A stretch of 20,103 nt of DNA from Thermoproteota archaeon. Its GTDB lineage: Archaea; Korarchaeota; JAOZGF01; JAOZFZ01. Below are positions 7,025 to 16,214 of the stretch, piece by piece. Made by a program: the position numbers and the translations under genes. Where the stretch lies: contig JAOZFT010000024.1 of NCBI GenBank assembly GCA_027492035.1, positions 1-20,103 of the forward strand. Reading direction: 5' to 3'. The notes beneath the pieces were generated by a model. The model ran no database searches. It was not told the DNA's origin and worked only from the letters and a program-made list of their open reading frames with translations. How positions within the stretch are numbered: the stretch's first letter is position 1; every line of letters starts with the position of its first letter.

Positions 7025-8217
7025 ATGAATATAGTTATTGTTGGACATGTAGATCATGGTAAATCAACTTTAATAGGGAGACTTCTTTATGACACGGACT
7101 CTATACCTGAGCAAAAACTGGACGAAATAAAACAAACCTGTGAAGCATTAGAGCGTAAAATGGAATTTGCTTATGTAGTTGACGCCTTAGAAGAAGAAAG
7201 AAACCGTGAAATGACAATTGACACAACCCAAACATTTTTTAGAAGCAAAAAAAAAGTTACACCATTATAGACGCCCCAGGTCACAAGGAATTCCTAAAAA
7301 ACATGGTAACTGGTGCTTGCCAAGCAAATGCAGGATTACTTATAGTTGATGTAGAGAAGGGGGTGCAAGAACAAACAAAAAGACACGCTTACATTCTGAA
7401 ACTCTTAGGAATAAATCAACTTATAGTAGTAATTAACAAAATGGATTTAGTTAATTTCAGCAAAAAGAAGTACGAAAAAGTCAAAAAGGAAGTGTTGAAG
7501 TATTTAAAAGAAATTGGAACCACTCCCAACTTTATTATACCGGTTTCTGCCTATTATGGAGACGGTGTAACTAAAAATTCGGAAAGAATACCCTGGTATA
7601 AAGCTGAAACCGTCATAGACGCCTTAGATGCATTGAAAGAGCCTTTTAAAACTTATGATTTCAGACTCCCAATCCAAGACATTTACAAACTTAGTAACAA
7701 AAGAATCTATGTTGGCAACATACTGTCCGGAATGGTTAAGGTGGGGGAAAACGTAAAAATTTTTCCTTCAGGTGAAGAAGCAAAGATAGAGCAGATAATT
7801 ACTTTTGAAGGCAAAATGAAAGAAGCTGAAAAACCTAAAGCAATAGGGGTAACTTTGAACAAGCAAGGGTTCTTAAGAGGAAACGTAATAACTAAAGGGA
7901 AAAAACCCATTGTCACTAACGAAATAGAACCAACTGTTTTCTGTTTACTAAATGAAGTAAAGGAAAAAGAGCAATACATTTTCAGGTGTGTAACCCAGGA
8001 AACTAAATGTAAAATTGAGAGAGTAGTGGAGAAAATCGATGTTAACACTTTAGAGAAAATAAAAAACACAACCGCTTTAAAGGAAACAGAAGTTGGAAAA
8101 GTAAAGATTCACTTAAACAAACCAGTAGTTGTGGAAAAATTCGAAAACTTACCTGAACTAGGCAGGTTTATACTTGAAAAAAACGGAGAAATAGTTGCAG
8201 GTGGAATAATAACATGA
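7025..8217 (+). pseudogene. cysN: Sulfate adenylyltransferase subunit 1 (EF-Tu-like GTPase), split by a 1-nt frameshift in an A9 tract (real or assembly error)
   Basis: GHVDHGKST and TIDT in 7025..7270; [18 protein letters not shown] and NKMD follow in the -1 frame after A9 at 7247-7255. One extra A restores a continuous protein of about 397 aa with no fused CysC domain. Confidence 0.88.
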
Positions 8218-8909
8218 TAATTCTTGCTTTAGATGGTTTAGAATATAAATATGTGAAAGAGTTCAAATGTAAAAATTTAATGCAGAAATACTGTGGTAAA
8301 ACAGACATATCTGAGTTTTCAGAACCAAGAACAGTAGTTATTTGGTCATCATTCCTTGCAGGGAAAAACCTGGAAAAAGAGATACTTAAAACAAAAAATT
8401 TTTGGGAGTTTAAACTAAACCCAAAAGAAACCTTTTTTTCAAAGTTTAAGAAATGGAAAGCAATAGATGTTCCAGGACTTACCTATAAGTCAGAAAAACA
8501 TAAAAAAGAAAGAGAACTTCTAAAAAAATTTTTCAATGGAGAAATCACTATAAGGGAATATGATAAAGCAGCTTTTAAACACCATAAAGAGAATAAGGCT
8601 GAATTCTTTAATGCAATAAAAGAGAATTACCAAGTTACAATGGGTTACTTCGCCTTAGCTGACACAATCGGGCACTTAAGTTTTGGGGTTAAACCGAAAA
8701 TGAAGATAGTTTACAAAGAACTTGACAAAATAGCTGAGAAAATTGGGGAAAATAACAAACTACTAATAATTTCTGATCATGGAATGAAAGCTGTTGGAAG
8801 ATACGGAGACCATTCTAATTACGGATTCTGGAGCACAAATTTTTTTGCAGACCTGGACAGGCCGAAAATAACTCAATTCAGGAAAATAATTGAGCTCTGT
8901 AAAGGTTAA
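8214..8909 (+). CDS. Alkaline phosphatase superfamily protein (nucleotide pyrophosphatase/phosphodiesterase-like, minimal)
   Basis: ILALDGL, putative Thr nucleophile in PRTVVIWSSF, DTIGH, ISDHG, GDHS metal ligands; ATGA overlap with cysN. Confidence 0.85.
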   Translation: MIILALDGLEYKYVKEFKCKNLMQKYCGKTDISEFSEPRTVVIWSSFLAGKNLEKEILKTKNFWEFKLNPKETFFSKFKKWKAIDVPGLTYKSEKHKKERELLKKFFNGEITIREYDKAAFKHHKENKAEFFNAIKENYQVTMGYFALADTIGHLSFGVKPKMKIVYKELDKIAEKIGENNKLLIISDHGMKAVGRYGDHSNYGFWSTNFFADLDRPKITQFRKIIELCKG

Positions 8910-8996
8910 AAAATTTAAAAGAATCAGGAACAAATTAACAAAGTTTCTTTATAACTTCTCTAATTAAAAATTAAGGGAATAAAAAGGAGTTCAGAA

Positions 8997-10826
8997 TTGT
9001 GCGGAATAGCTGGCTACTACGGTTTAAACAATAAAAACTTACTGGAAAAAATGTGCAAAGTAATTAGACACAGGGGACCTGACGATGAAGGATACTACAC
9101 ATGTTCAAAAATAGGTTTATGTAACAGACGTTTAAGCATAATAGATGTGAAAGGGGGACATCAACCTATACATAACGAAGACGGAACAATCTGGATAACG
9201 TACAATGGCGAAATATACAACTACAAAGAGTTAAGCAGGGAGTTAGAAAAGAGACATAATTTTTACACTAACTCAGACACTGAAGTAATTGTTCACTGTT
9301 ACGAAGAATATGGGGAAGAATTTGTCAACAAATTAAACGGAATGTTTGCTTTCGCTATATGGGACTCAAATAAGGAAGAACTGCTTATTTACCGTGACCG
9401 TTTCGGAATAAAACCACTATATTATTACTATAACGGTGAAAAACTCTTTTTCGGTTCAGAAATAAAAGCAATACTTCAAAGTGAAGAAGTGGAAAGAACC
9501 CCAAACGACAAAGTAATTTATGAATTTCTTGTCCACGGTTGGCACGACCATACAGAAGAAACCTTCTTCAAAGGAGTAAAGAGATTAATGCCAGCACATT
9601 ACCTAAAAGTAAACAGTAAAGGATTAAAAATTAGAAAGTACTGGGAAATAAAGAAACTAAACCAAAAAATAGAGTCCAAAGAGGAGAAAGACAAAGAACT
9701 AACTGAAAAATTCTACAACTTATTCCTAGATTCAGTAAAGAAAAGACTTATAAGTGAAGTCCCTGTAGGAACGTGTTTAAGCGGCGGAATGGATTCTTCA
9801 TCCATTGTATGCATAATAAATAAACTCTTAAGGAAAGGAATAAGCAAAGAAGTTATAGGGGAGAAACAAAAAACTTTTTCAGCAGTCTATAAAGAAAAAG
9901 AAGCAGATGAAACCCCCTATATTGAAGAAGTTATTAAGTTCACAAACTCAGAAAAAAACTTCACCCACCCAAACGCTGAAGAACTCTGGAAAGAACTTGA
10001 CAAAATAATATGGTACCAAGAAGAACCTTTCGGAAGCACAAGCATTTATGCTCAATGGTGTGTAATGAAAGAAGCAAGCAAAAAAGTTAAAGTAGTACTT
10101 GACGGGCAAGGAGGAGACGAATTACTTGCAGGATACACTCACTACTACATATACTTCCTAAAAGATTTACTGAAACAAAAAAGAATCATTCAGTTCATAA
10201 AAAACTTCTTCTTAGGTTTAGACCTCTTCTACAAAGACATACTGCACCACCTACTTAACAAAAGAAAAGAGAAAAAACTTATACAGGAAATGTTGAACAA
10301 AGAATTCATAAAGAAATATAAGGGTGAAGTTAAAACACCATGGAAAATCAAAAACTTAACAACTTACCTTCTAAATTCATTAACACAAATAAGTATACCC
10401 CACCTTTTAAGGTATGAAGACAAAAACGCAATGGCACACTCTATAGAATCAAGGGTACCTTTCCTAGACCACAGACTCGTAGAATATGTTTTCAACACAC
10501 CGGAAAACCAAAAAATAAGAAACGGATGGACAAAGTACATTCTGAGAAAAGCCATGAAAGGGGAGATACCCGAAAAAGTAAGGAAAAGAAGGTCAAAACT
10601 AGGATTTGCAACTCCGGAAGTAAAATGGCTCAGGGAATTAAGTAAAGAAATAATTGAAACCTTCGAAACAGAAACGTTCAAACAAAGAAAGTACTTTAAC
10701 CAAGAAAAGGTAACTAAAAATTTTGAGGAGTTTGTGAAGGGGAAATTTACACTGCAACACTCAATATTCTGGCGAGTAGTAATACTTGAAAAATGGCTAA
10801 ACCTATTCATAGATGAGAAAAAGTAA
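8997..10826 (+). CDS. asnB: Asparagine synthase (glutamine-hydrolysing) family amidotransferase
   Basis: MCGIAG Ntn N-terminus (TTG start, AAGGAG RBS), HRGPD, RRLSIID, NGEIYN, LSGGMDSS, GQGGDEL, ESRVPFLD. Confidence 0.95.
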   Translation: MCGIAGYYGLNNKNLLEKMCKVIRHRGPDDEGYYTCSKIGLCNRRLSIIDVKGGHQPIHNEDGTIWITYNGEIYNYKELSRELEKRHNFYTNSDTEVIVHCYEEYGEEFVNKLNGMFAFAIWDSNKEELLIYRDRFGIKPLYYYYNGEKLFFGSEIKAILQSEEVERTPNDKVIYEFLVHGWHDHTEETFFKGVKRLMPAHYLKVNSKGLKIRKYWEIKKLNQKIESKEEKDKELTEKFYNLFLDSVKKRLISEVPVGTCLSGGMDSSSIVCIINKLLRKGISKEVIGEKQKTFSAVYKEKEADETPYIEEVIKFTNSEKNFTHPNAEELWKELDKIIWYQEEPFGSTSIYAQWCVMKEASKKVKVVLDGQGGDELLAGYTHYYIYFLKDLLKQKRIIQFIKNFFLGLDLFYKDILHHLLNKRKEKKLIQEMLNKEFIKKYKGEVKTPWKIKNLTTYLLNSLTQISIPHLLRYEDKNAMAHSIESRVPFLDHRLVEYVFNTPENQKIRNGWTKYILRKAMKGEIPEKVRKRRSKLGFATPEVKWLRELSKEIIETFETETFKQRKYFNQEKVTKNFEEFVKGKFTLQHSIFWRVVILEKWLNLFIDEKK

Positions 10827-10892
10827 TTTTAAATTAAAAAGTGTTGGAAGTTAAGATTAAACTGCAATCCTGAACATGAAGGGTTTTTGTTT

Positions 10893-12824
10893 ATGTGCGG
10901 CATATGCGGCTTCGCTTTTGAAGATAAAAAACTAATAAAGGAAATGTGCAATATTTTTAAAGCATAGGGGACCTGACGATAAGGGGTATTTCCTAGATAA
11001 AGGAATATCTTTAGGGAACACAAGATTAAGCGTAATAGATTTAGAAACAGGGAAACAACCTATTTACAATGAAGACGGTTCAATGGTGATTGTGCAAAAT
11101 GGAGAAATTTACAATTATAGACAAATCAGGAAGGAACTTATCAATTTAGGGCATTCATTTTACACAAAATCAGATACAGAAGTTATACTCCACGCTTATG
11201 AGGAATGGGGAACCAAAGCACTTAATAAACTCAATGGAATGTTTGCATTTGCAATATGGGACTCCAACAGAAAGGAATTATTCCTAGCCCGAGATAGATG
11301 CGGAATAAAACCTTTATATTACACCTTAACAAAAAACAAAACCCTTCTTTTCGCTCAGAAATAAAAGCCTTACTTTTATATGAAAAAATTAAACCTAAGC
11401 TAAGTTTAGAAGGACTTCACTATTACTTAAACCTCCGATTCTTACCTGGAGAAGTAACAATGTTTAAAGGAATCAAGAAACTTTTACCTGGCCATTACCT
11501 CTTATATAAATTATCAAGCAAGAACATGGAAGTAAGTAAGTATTGGGAAGTAAAGGTTTCACCGGAGGAGCATACCGAAAGTTTTTTTGTTAAGAAGTTA
11601 AGGGAAATTTTGAAAGAATCTGTAAAAAGACACCTTATAAGTGACGTCCCTGTTGGAATATATCTTTCTGGAGGCATAGACAGCAGCTCAATAGTAGCTT
11701 TTGCTTCGCAAGTGTCAGAAGAACCCGTTAAAACTTTTACAATGGGATTCAATGAACCCTCAGATGAATTAAGAGACGCTAAACAAGTGTCAGAATTTTT
11801 TGAAACTGAACACTATGAATTAGTAATAGACTCTGATTTGATGAAAGATTACCCTGCTATGATATGGTACGCTGACACACCGAAAAGAAACCTTTACCCT
11901 TACTACATCGCCAAAGTTGTAAGGAAACATGTAAAAGTAGTTCTTGGAGGACTTGGAGGTGATGAACTTTTCGCAGGTTACGAATGGAAATACCAATTCG
12001 CAGAAGATACTACGGAAGAGCGTTCAAAAATACCAAACAACCTCAAATTCTCGCTTAGAAAAGAAATTCCAGAATTCATAAAGTATGTAACAAGGTATGG
12101 TTCACTTCATGAAATAGACCTTATCCACAATTTAAGGAGAGCAGCATACATAGACAACGATGTCAAACAGTACCTGCTCATAATGAGCTTAGATGAAGTC
12201 TATGAAAATAATTATTTGAAAGAGAAAATATATGGCGAAGAAATTCAGAAAATTAAATTACCGCAACTAGAAGATATATTTAAGCCATTTTTTGAAGATA
12301 ATAATCTTAACTTAATTGATAAAATTCTTCTTGCAGATTTTAAAATTAAAATGGTGGATGATTTTCTTTTTGTGGAGGATTCAATGTCCTCCGCTAACTC
12401 CTTAGAGTCAAGAGTACCTTTTTTAGACAAAGAACTTGTGGAATTCGTTTTTACTATACCATCAAGGTTTAAATACAGAGAGGGAAGAGGGAAATATATT
12501 TTTAAGAAAGCAATGCAGGGAATATTACCTAAAGAAGTAATAAAGAAAGAAAAACAAGGATTTAGCAGTGACGTAGTAATTAGATTTGAAAGAGAAATAC
12601 GGGAAATAGCAAAACAAATTCTAATGAATGGATACTTAGTAAAGGATAATTTAATTAAGGGGGGCTACATAGAGAATATACTTAATTACAGAACTTCTCG
12701 CAGCTTAACTAAGCATTACATTACAGTATGGAATCTCTTAACCCTTGAAATATGGTATAGAATGTACATTAAACAAGGAAAAATTCCAAAACCTCTTACA
12801 CTAAATAAATTGGAAGCAATTTAG
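10893..12824 (+). pseudogene. asnB: Second asnB-family amidotransferase with two frameshifts (+1 near 10954-10958, -1 near 11355)
   Basis: ATG 10893 gives MCGICGFAFEDKKLIKEMCNI; removing one T from T5 gives LKHRGPDD..RLSVID..QPIYNEDG, joining ORF 11083; adding one T at gct/cag gives FASEIKA, joining ORF 11298 (LSGGIDSS, GLGGDEL, ESRVPFLD). Confidence 0.88.
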
Positions 12825-12963
12825 TTTTAAAAACCAAAAAGCGTTTTTGGTAAAAATATAAAGAGACAGAAAACTTCTTTATGTTTAAATTTTATCTTTT
12901 TGACGGCATTGATTAAAACCAAATGTTGCAAAGTAGAAAATATAAGAAGAAGGGGTTTATCCT

Positions 12964-13491
12964 TTGCAAGAATGGAAAAAGTTAATTTTAGAAATTTTTG
13001 AAAAGAAAAATCTAAAAAACCCTCTTCAAAAAATATTGAGGAAATCAGGTTTAAAAATAAATGAATTTGCAAGAATTTCAGAGATTCCTGAAAGTACATT
13101 ATATAAAATCTTTTCAGAGGAAGAGAAAGACATTAGGCTGTCTACAGTTTTTAAAATAATGGATGGAATAAAAAGGATCTACGGAACAGAAAGTCCATCC
13201 TTAAAAAGCACTATAGGGGTTATTACAGCCAGTTTTGTTCTGGATCAATTACCAAATGCTTTAGAAGTTAAAGGTAAAACTTACTATATAAAGGAGTATC
13301 CGGCTTTAACAATAGAGGAAGAGATAATACAAGGAATAAAGGCTGAAAGAGACGGAGTGGAGGCTATCATTTGTGGACCTGTTGCAGCAACCACACTGGA
13401 GAAAATAGTTACAGTACCGGTTATCTCGGTTAAGTTCGACAAAGAAGTTGTAATGAGAGCTGTACATCAGGCAATGGAGAAAATAGATTAA
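12964..13491 (+). CDS. XRE-type HTH transcriptional regulator with C-terminal ligand-binding (PrpR_N-like) domain
   Basis: INEFARISEIPESTLYKIF..DIRLSTV HTH; C-terminal AERDGVEAIICGP..VPVISV; directly upstream of comA. Confidence 0.8.
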   Translation: MQEWKKLILEIFEKKNLKNPLQKILRKSGLKINEFARISEIPESTLYKIFSEEEKDIRLSTVFKIMDGIKRIYGTESPSLKSTIGVITASFVLDQLPNALEVKGKTYYIKEYPALTIEEEIIQGIKAERDGVEAIICGPVAATTLEKIVTVPVISVKFDKEVVMRAVHQAMEKID

Positions 13492-13669
13492 AAGGAATCT
13501 GAATTAATAAAACTAAAAAAGTTTTCTCCCAGAAAAAACGAAGGAAAAACTAATTGTTTTTTGCTTGTCTTTTCTCGACATAGTAAATTGCACCCTAACC
13601 CTTTTTTATGAAGAAAAGAAAAATTTTTCCTTAATGTAATTTTTCTATTTTATTTTTTTCTTTATAAGG

Positions 13670-13692
13670 AAAAATAGTAATATTTAAATATA
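13670..13692 (+). promoter_or_regulatory. Putative TATA box of the comABDE operon
   Basis: aaaaatagtaataTTTAAATA in a 260 bp AT-rich spacer, about 60 nt before the comA start. Confidence 0.4.
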
Positions 13693-13751
13693 AAAAATAC
13701 TTAAGCGAGTAAAGAAAAACTTACTAAAGTTTTCGGCAAAAGGGGAAGGGT

Positions 13752-14528
13752 TTGAAGATAAAAAACTTTGAAAAATTAATAGTTCCTGAGAGAGAACCTA
13801 AACCTAGAAGTAAAGGAATAACTATGGTGTTAGATAAAAACCTTGGGTTAAGAGGAATAAGAGACTTAGTTGAAACTGCCGGGGAGTACATAGACATTAT
13901 GAAGTTTGGTTGGGGCACAACACGGATGTTACCCAAGAGATTATTAAAGAGTAAAATAAGGATTTTAAGGGATAATGAGATAGAGGTATGCAATGGAGGA
14001 ACATTAACAGAATTTGCATTTTTACAAGGTAAATTTAAGGATTACCTAGGTGAAATGGCAACAATGGGTTATACGGTGGTTGAGATTTCAGATGGAACCA
14101 TAAATATGGGCTATGAAGAACGTTTGGAACTTATAACCCAAGCAAAAGAGCAAGGGTTTAAAGTTGTTACTGAAGTAGGCAAGAAAAGCCCTTCAGAAGA
14201 CTCCAAACTAACTGTACAAAAAAGGGTAGAACTGATAAAGAGAGACTTAAAGATGGGAGTAGATAAAGTTGTTTTAGAAGCTAGAGAAAGTGGAACTGTA
14301 GGAATTTTCGACAATAGGGGGGAAGTAGTTATTCCGAGGGTGTTATCCATAATTAAAAGCGTAAATGTTAATGATTTAATATTTGAAGCCCCTAAAAAAA
14401 AGCAACAAGTATATTTAATCTTAAACATAGGTCCTAATGTGAATTTAGGAAACATCAGCCCTTTAGATGTGATATCCGTTGAAACATTAAGGAGGGGACT
14501 TAGAGGAGATACATTTGGTAAGGTGTAA
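13752..14528 (+). CDS. comA: Phosphosulfolactate synthase
   Basis: KPRSKGITMVLDK, KFGWGT, GGTL, EISDG, EVGKK, EARESG, FEAP, VNLGNI, ETLRRGLRGDT. Confidence 0.96.
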   Translation: MKIKNFEKLIVPEREPKPRSKGITMVLDKNLGLRGIRDLVETAGEYIDIMKFGWGTTRMLPKRLLKSKIRILRDNEIEVCNGGTLTEFAFLQGKFKDYLGEMATMGYTVVEISDGTINMGYEERLELITQAKEQGFKVVTEVGKKSPSEDSKLTVQKRVELIKRDLKMGVDKVVLEARESGTVGIFDNRGEVVIPRVLSIIKSVNVNDLIFEAPKKKQQVYLILNIGPNVNLGNISPLDVISVETLRRGLRGDTFGKV

Positions 14529-15171
14529 AATAAGTTTCAATGTGAAAAGTATCGGGAAAGATGACACTGTTGTGGTTGTTGATGTTTTACGTGCTACTAG
14601 CACTATTGTTACAGCTTTGGCCAATGGTGTAGAGGAGATCATTCCTGTAAGTTCTATTGATGAAGCTTTTAAACTTAGAAGGAATGGTTATTGCTTAATT
14701 GGGGAAGAAAAAGGTGTGAAAATAAAAGAATTTGACTTTAGTAATTCACCTACTGAAATAATGCAAAATCCTTGTAAAAAAATCGCTTTAAAAACTACAA
14801 ATGGAACAAAAATTATTAAGGAAGTAGAGGAAAGGACAAACCAGGAAGTATTTATGGGCTCAACATTAAACCTTTCTTACTTAGCTGAAAGACTTAAACA
14901 AACAGAAAAAATAAACATAATAGCTGTGGGAGGGAGGAAGGGATTCATAGAAGATTTAGCAGTAAGTATAGCTTTATTTACTAAATTGCAGAATTTACCT
15001 TTGAAGAAGGAAATTGTTAAGGAATTAATTATTAATTCAGAAGCAGCGAAACATTTAGCTAAAATAGGTTACTGGAAAGACGTTGAATTTGTTCTTCAGA
15101 TAGACCTATACCCAATTGCCCCTATTCTAAAAAAGGGAAAAATAGTTTTGGAGCAAAGCAGCTACAAGTGA
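14515..15171 (+). CDS. comB: 2-phosphosulfolactate phosphatase
   Basis: VVVDVLRATSTI, GE..G..FDFSNSP, TTNGT, IED; overlaps comA by 14 bp. Confidence 0.93.
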   Translation: MVRCKISFNVKSIGKDDTVVVVDVLRATSTIVTALANGVEEIIPVSSIDEAFKLRRNGYCLIGEEKGVKIKEFDFSNSPTEIMQNPCKKIALKTTNGTKIIKEVEERTNQEVFMGSTLNLSYLAERLKQTEKINIIAVGGRKGFIEDLAVSIALFTKLQNLPLKKEIVKELIINSEAAKHLAKIGYWKDVEFVLQIDLYPIAPILKKGKIVLEQSSYK

Positions 15172-15177
15172 ATAGAA

Positions 15178-15669
15178 ATGGGGGAAATTGACAAGGAAAT
15201 AGTTAAGTTTTTGGTGGAGTCAGGTATAGACTTCGTTTGCAGCGTGCCATGTATGCTTTTGAAAGGAATACTGGAAGAAATAGAGAAGACAAACTTGAGA
15301 CATGTTAGAGTCAACAGGGAAGAAGAAGGAGTGGGAGTATGCGCAGGAGCGTACTTGGCCGGTAAGAAACCAGCATTAGTAATTCAAAATTCAGGTTTAG
15401 GTAACTCAATAAATGCTTTACTTTCCCTTACAAAGTTTTATCGTTTAGGGTTATTTATTTTAATGAGCCATAGAGGAGATAAATACGAAAAAATTAAAGC
15501 GCAGGTTCCAATGGGAGAGGCAACACCCAAATTGTTAAAGCTCTTAAACATCGAATATGCCAAAGTTACGGAGCCAAACCAATTGTTTCTGATAAAAAAC
15601 CTTGTTAAGAAAGCATTTAAAGAAGAAGACATTAAAGCTGTTTTACTTTCAAGGTCGTTATGGCTATGA
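15178..15669 (+). CDS. comD: Sulfopyruvate decarboxylase alpha subunit
   Basis: SVPC, REEEGVGVCAGAYLAG, QNSGLGN, SHRG..E..AQVPMG; in an operon with comAB. Confidence 0.94.
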   Translation: MGEIDKEIVKFLVESGIDFVCSVPCMLLKGILEEIEKTNLRHVRVNREEEGVGVCAGAYLAGKKPALVIQNSGLGNSINALLSLTKFYRLGLFILMSHRGDKYEKIKAQVPMGEATPKLLKLLNIEYAKVTEPNQLFLIKNLVKKAFKEEDIKAVLLSRSLWL

Positions 15670-16214
15670 AGAGAATAGATGTTATAAGGGAAATTTCTAA
15701 AAGGAAAGGATTAATAATTTGTAATTTAGGATTTCCTAGTAGAGAACTTTATAGCATAAAGGATAAAAATACAAATTTTTACATGTTAGGCTCAATGGGA
15801 ATGGCTAGTTCCATAGGGTTAGGAGTTGCATTGTGCCAAAAAGAAAAAGTTTACATTATTGAAGGTGACGGTTCAATACTTATGAACTTAGGGTCCCTAG
15901 CCACAATAGCAGCCTACGCAACACCTAACTTAAACTTAATAGTAGTGGACAACGGGGTTTACGGTTCCACAGGAAAACAACCAACACACACAGCTAAAGT
16001 GGCAGATTTAAAAAAGATAGCTAAAGGAGCAGGAAATAAAAAGGTTTTTGAAGTAAAGTCGATAGAGCAACTTAAAGAAGCCTTAGAACAAGGTGGGCCT
16101 CTTATTATTGTAGCAAAAGTAAACCAAGAATCAAAAAAGGTACCTGAGGTACCTCTTGAAGCTGAGTTTATAAAGAAAAGATTTATGAACGCTATTTATG
16201 AATTAAATAAGTAA
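15666..16214 (+). CDS. comE: Sulfopyruvate decarboxylase beta subunit (TPP-binding)
   Basis: NLGFPSREL, FYMLGSMG, GDGSILMN..DNGVYGSTG.Q TPP motif, IKKRF; ATGA overlap with comD (alternative ATG at 15660). Confidence 0.94.
   Translation: MKRIDVIREISKRKGLIICNLGFPSRELYSIKDKNTNFYMLGSMGMASSIGLGVALCQKEKVYIIEGDGSILMNLGSLATIAAYATPNLNLIVVDNGVYGSTGKQPTHTAKVADLKKIAKGAGNKKVFEVKSIEQLKEALEQGGPLIIVAKVNQESKKVPEVPLEAEFIKKRFMNAIYELNK

Noticed and set aside
7025-8217. EF-1alpha/EF-Tu or SelB gene
   Set aside because: Adjacent to cysD and coupled in the same operon, with CysN-like features (TIDT, QEQTKRH); it lacks EF-1alpha-level conservation.
15178-16214. Phosphonopyruvate decarboxylase / phosphonate cluster
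   Set aside because: No PEP mutase; the split alpha/beta genes directly follow comA and comB.
13752-16214. Proof of methanogenesis or alkane oxidation
   Set aside because: com genes alone do not show this; no mcr, mtr or hdr genes are in the window.
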